Shown: positions 61,060-64,000 of the stretch, piece after piece
How the letters are laid out: every line of letters starts with the position of its first letter
Position numbering within the stretch: position 1 is the first letter of the stretch
Source: Felis catus
Taxonomy: Eukaryota
DNA length: 64,000 nucleotides
Assembly: GCF_018350175.1 (NCBI RefSeq)
Contig: NC_058368.1
Coordinates: 16,928,001 to 16,992,000, forward strand
Reading direction: 5' to 3'
Made by a program: the position numbers and the translations under genes
Notes under the pieces: generated by a model
The model's input: the letters and a program-made list of their open reading frames with translations, nothing else
Told to the model about the DNA's origin: nothing
Databases searched by the model: none

Positions 61060-64000
61060 AGGAATCACTCTCCTTCTATACCTTGATTCTTGGGTTCACA
61101 TATTCTGGATATGAGAGAAATAGTGTCATATATTGGTCGCTGGTTCAAAGCATATTGACACTGCTTAGCATATGATCTCAGCCCTGGAACATGTTGTTGG
61201 CTAACCGAGTAGAGTTTGCATGAGGCCATTTCATCATTCTAGCAGAATAGATATTTTTGGATGATGGGGCATGTAAGAAGACCAATGAATACCTTGAGAA
61301 TGAACCTGTTTTCTTCTTTTGCTACAAAATGAGTTCTTCGGTCAAAAGCAATGCGATGCTGGATAACATGAACATGAATAATGAGTTGATAGGATAAAAA
61401 TAAAGGATTCTAGAAACATGACTTTGGATAGAATCTAGAGTGTCTGTTAAAAGGAGACTTATGTCCCACTCTAAGATGATAAGAACTCTTACTACACTGA
61501 ACCTGCTGGCAGCTAGTTTGCTAGCCCCACCCTCCCCCCAAAGGTAGTGGTGTCATTTTGAGGGTTCAGTTGTGATGTCTGACTAGGGATTCAACATTGG
61601 CAATAGGAAAAATCAGCCTTTGGTGAGGGGAAGAGATTTCAAGAACTTTTGATCTACTGGGTCATGAGGCCCAAGTAGCAGAACAGCTTGCATTGAATCC
61701 TGGACTTGTTGTAGAGCTTTCTTTTATTTTGGCATCTGCTCGAAAGTGGCAGCTTTCTAACTGGTCGATGGGTCAGAGAAGCACATTCAAGTCTTGTTGT
61801 CTCCAGGATTCAAAGAGACCCACCAAGCATTTGGTCACTTTCTTGGTGGTTGCTTATACAGAATATGATTATTTGACCTTCATTAAGTGGGACTACTGCA
61901 CATACATGTCCTAGACTACATGCACTGGGCTACTAGACCCCAAGACTATTAGACCTGTATGCCCTACACTATAAACCCTTTGAAATCTCACTGAGGTGGC
62001 AAGCTGTGACTTTAATGGGATTTATCTACCACCTTTTGATAGTTATATGTTTTACCAAGTCATCTAGGGTATTTACTACCACCTTCTCACCAGATGCAAT
62101 CAGCATGATATCACCAGTGACCAGCAAACCACTATGATATTCTGTCAGGTGGCCAAATAATAAAAATTTCTATGGATTACATTATGGAAGAGAGAAGAGA
62201 TGTTATGGCCCTGAGTTAAGGCAGTAAAAATGTACTGATGTTTCTGTCCAATGAAAACAAACCACTTTTGATGTAGTTTTTCTGATCAATATAAAGAAAA
62301 AGTAATTTGTCAAAATAATGGTTGTATACCTAATAACAGGAGCTGTCCGATTTACTCCAGGAAAGAAACTCAATTGATGCTAGTGGAGTCATCACCTGAT
62401 TAAATGTATAATTCTCTACCGTCGTTGTCTAAGATCCGTTTGTCTTTTGCATAGGCCAAATAGGTAAGTTAAATGAGATCTGAGAAGAATTACCATTCCT
62501 GCGTCTTTCAGTACTTTGCAGTTTCCACAAGTATTTAGAGTTGCTTTTGATTTACTATTTTTATAGGGAGATGATGCTCCAGAGGCTCCTGCCTGGATCT
62601 TCCTGCAAAATAGCCTTCACCATACATTTCAGAGATCCACTTGGTGATTCTGCCAGTTGCTGTGCATGTATATTCCAACTGTATATTCAGAGTGGATTTA
62701 AAGACCCAGTTGATTCACTGTGAGAAAAACAAAGGCTAGAACTGACTTCCATAAGCTACCATCCTGACTGAGGAATCTCAGTGACATGTTGAGTGCTAAA
62801 GAATTAGTGTCAGATTATGGTCAAGTAATTCTCATGAATATGTATATTTTTCTTTTCCCTGTATCCCTTCCTGGCTGCAGGAAGAAGTTTTAATTGCATA
62901 CTTATGGCATTGTCCCAATGTTCTTTCTCAAGAACACTCATCCTGTCTTCCCCTTTATCCACAGGGTTCTTGGTCTATGCATTGAATTGGTTTTGGAAAT
63001 TAACCCCTTGAGACTGCTCCAAAACAAACAACTTCACCTGATAGAGAATTTAGTTTCTTACATATCAAATGAAACTTTAGTAGTAGTCTAACCATCTATC
63101 TTAAGCTTGTAAGATACCAACACCAATATTTTTATGGATCATATAATTCTGAAACTGCTCTGGAGCTGCTACCCATTTACATAAACCTGTCTACCTTTTC
63201 TTTGGTCATCAATCCCTGTTTTCCAGCCTCTGTTACTCTGGGATCCCATCACCCTCACTGAGATCAGAGAATGCATTTCTATGAAGTCATCTCCACTGGC
63301 CTCTGCATCATGCAAAGCACAACGACTACAGCTTTCCAGTATTGCTAGTATTTTTTACTTCATGGTGTATTTCAATGCCTCAGTGAAGGAAGTTTCCATT
63401 GAGCCTTTGCAATTAGAATATTGATAAGCAATTGACTCCAAAATTTCTATATCCTTAAGCCTTAAGATTAATTTCTCTACAGGCATCTCAACTTTATTTA
63501 ATAGAGTTCTTACTTCAGGCTAAGTTTTAGTCAATCATTCACTCAAACTATTGGTGCCACTCCTGACTTCTGGAACTAGCATGTTGAATTCAGAATTTTT
63601 GATTTCCATATCAACAAAGTTGGTCAGAGATAACATTACATTCTTTGTTTCTTGGCCTAGAACACTTATTATCTATTTCCCACATAAAATGTCCAAGTAT
63701 CTGCAAATCTTTTAGAGTATACATCCTTAATAAGTTGCCAGAGGCATTGTCTCTGAGAAAGAGTTACCTTGGCTGCTGTGGCTGGGAACTATAACATTTC
63801 TAGAGTTTCAGCCTCCCATAGTCACTAACTTCTTGTTTAATTGTATCATTTTCAGAAGAATATGACTTCTATAATTTCTGCTCCTTAAATTTAATTCAGT
63901 TTTATTTATAGTATAACACAAAAAAATAGCTTTTGGAAATATTTTAAGGATGTGTGAAAAGAAAATTAATTTTCATAGGTTACAAGTTAAATATTAGGCT

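Larger units (their letters stand above)
58760..63900 (-). mobile_element. Ancient ERVL-MaLR LTR plus internal-region relic with nested elements
   Basis: LTR-like text at 58760-59400 ('ttcagtcaggaag...actttagg', 'ctcgattggtgccacctaatca'), followed by degenerate MLT/ERVL-int-like sequence; no open frame. Confidence 0.5.

Noticed and set aside
58760..63900. Possible intact endogenous retrovirus
   Set aside because: Heavily decayed, with no long gag or pol frame, and interrupted by Tigger and SINE insertions.

Overview
Mammalian genomic DNA, almost certainly a felid, judged from about 30 carnivore tRNA-derived Can-SINEs, several of the young cat-type subfamily. The window holds one protein-coding gene, UFM1 (ubiquitin-fold modifier 1), on the + strand. 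It has a CpG-island promoter at about 22.6-23.5 kb and six coding exons: join(23119..23120,23211..23267,25708..25765,29549..29588,30800..30832,32311..32378). All introns are GT-AG and the CDS is 258 nt (85 aa, ending VG|SC). The supplied ORF track misses this gene; its ORFs are SINE, L1 or microsatellite artefacts. The remainder is AT-rich intergenic DNA with L1, L2/MIR, MaLR/ERVL LTR and Tigger/MER relics. I see no evidence for a new multi-gene system. The most notable oddities are: (i) the UFM1 start codon is split by intron 1, so the unspliced RNA reads Kozak-ATG-TAA; (ii) a (CCCAAT)n CCAAT/G4 array lies in that 90-nt intron; (iii) an internal, poly(A)-less L1 ORF2 fragment is flanked by a perfect 15-bp duplication; (iv) a perfect 29-bp inverted repeat brackets 1.7 kb of old DNA, suggesting an inversion scar; (v) inverted SINEs flank UFM1 exon 3. 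Repeat family names come from recognition by eye and repeat boundaries are approximate.
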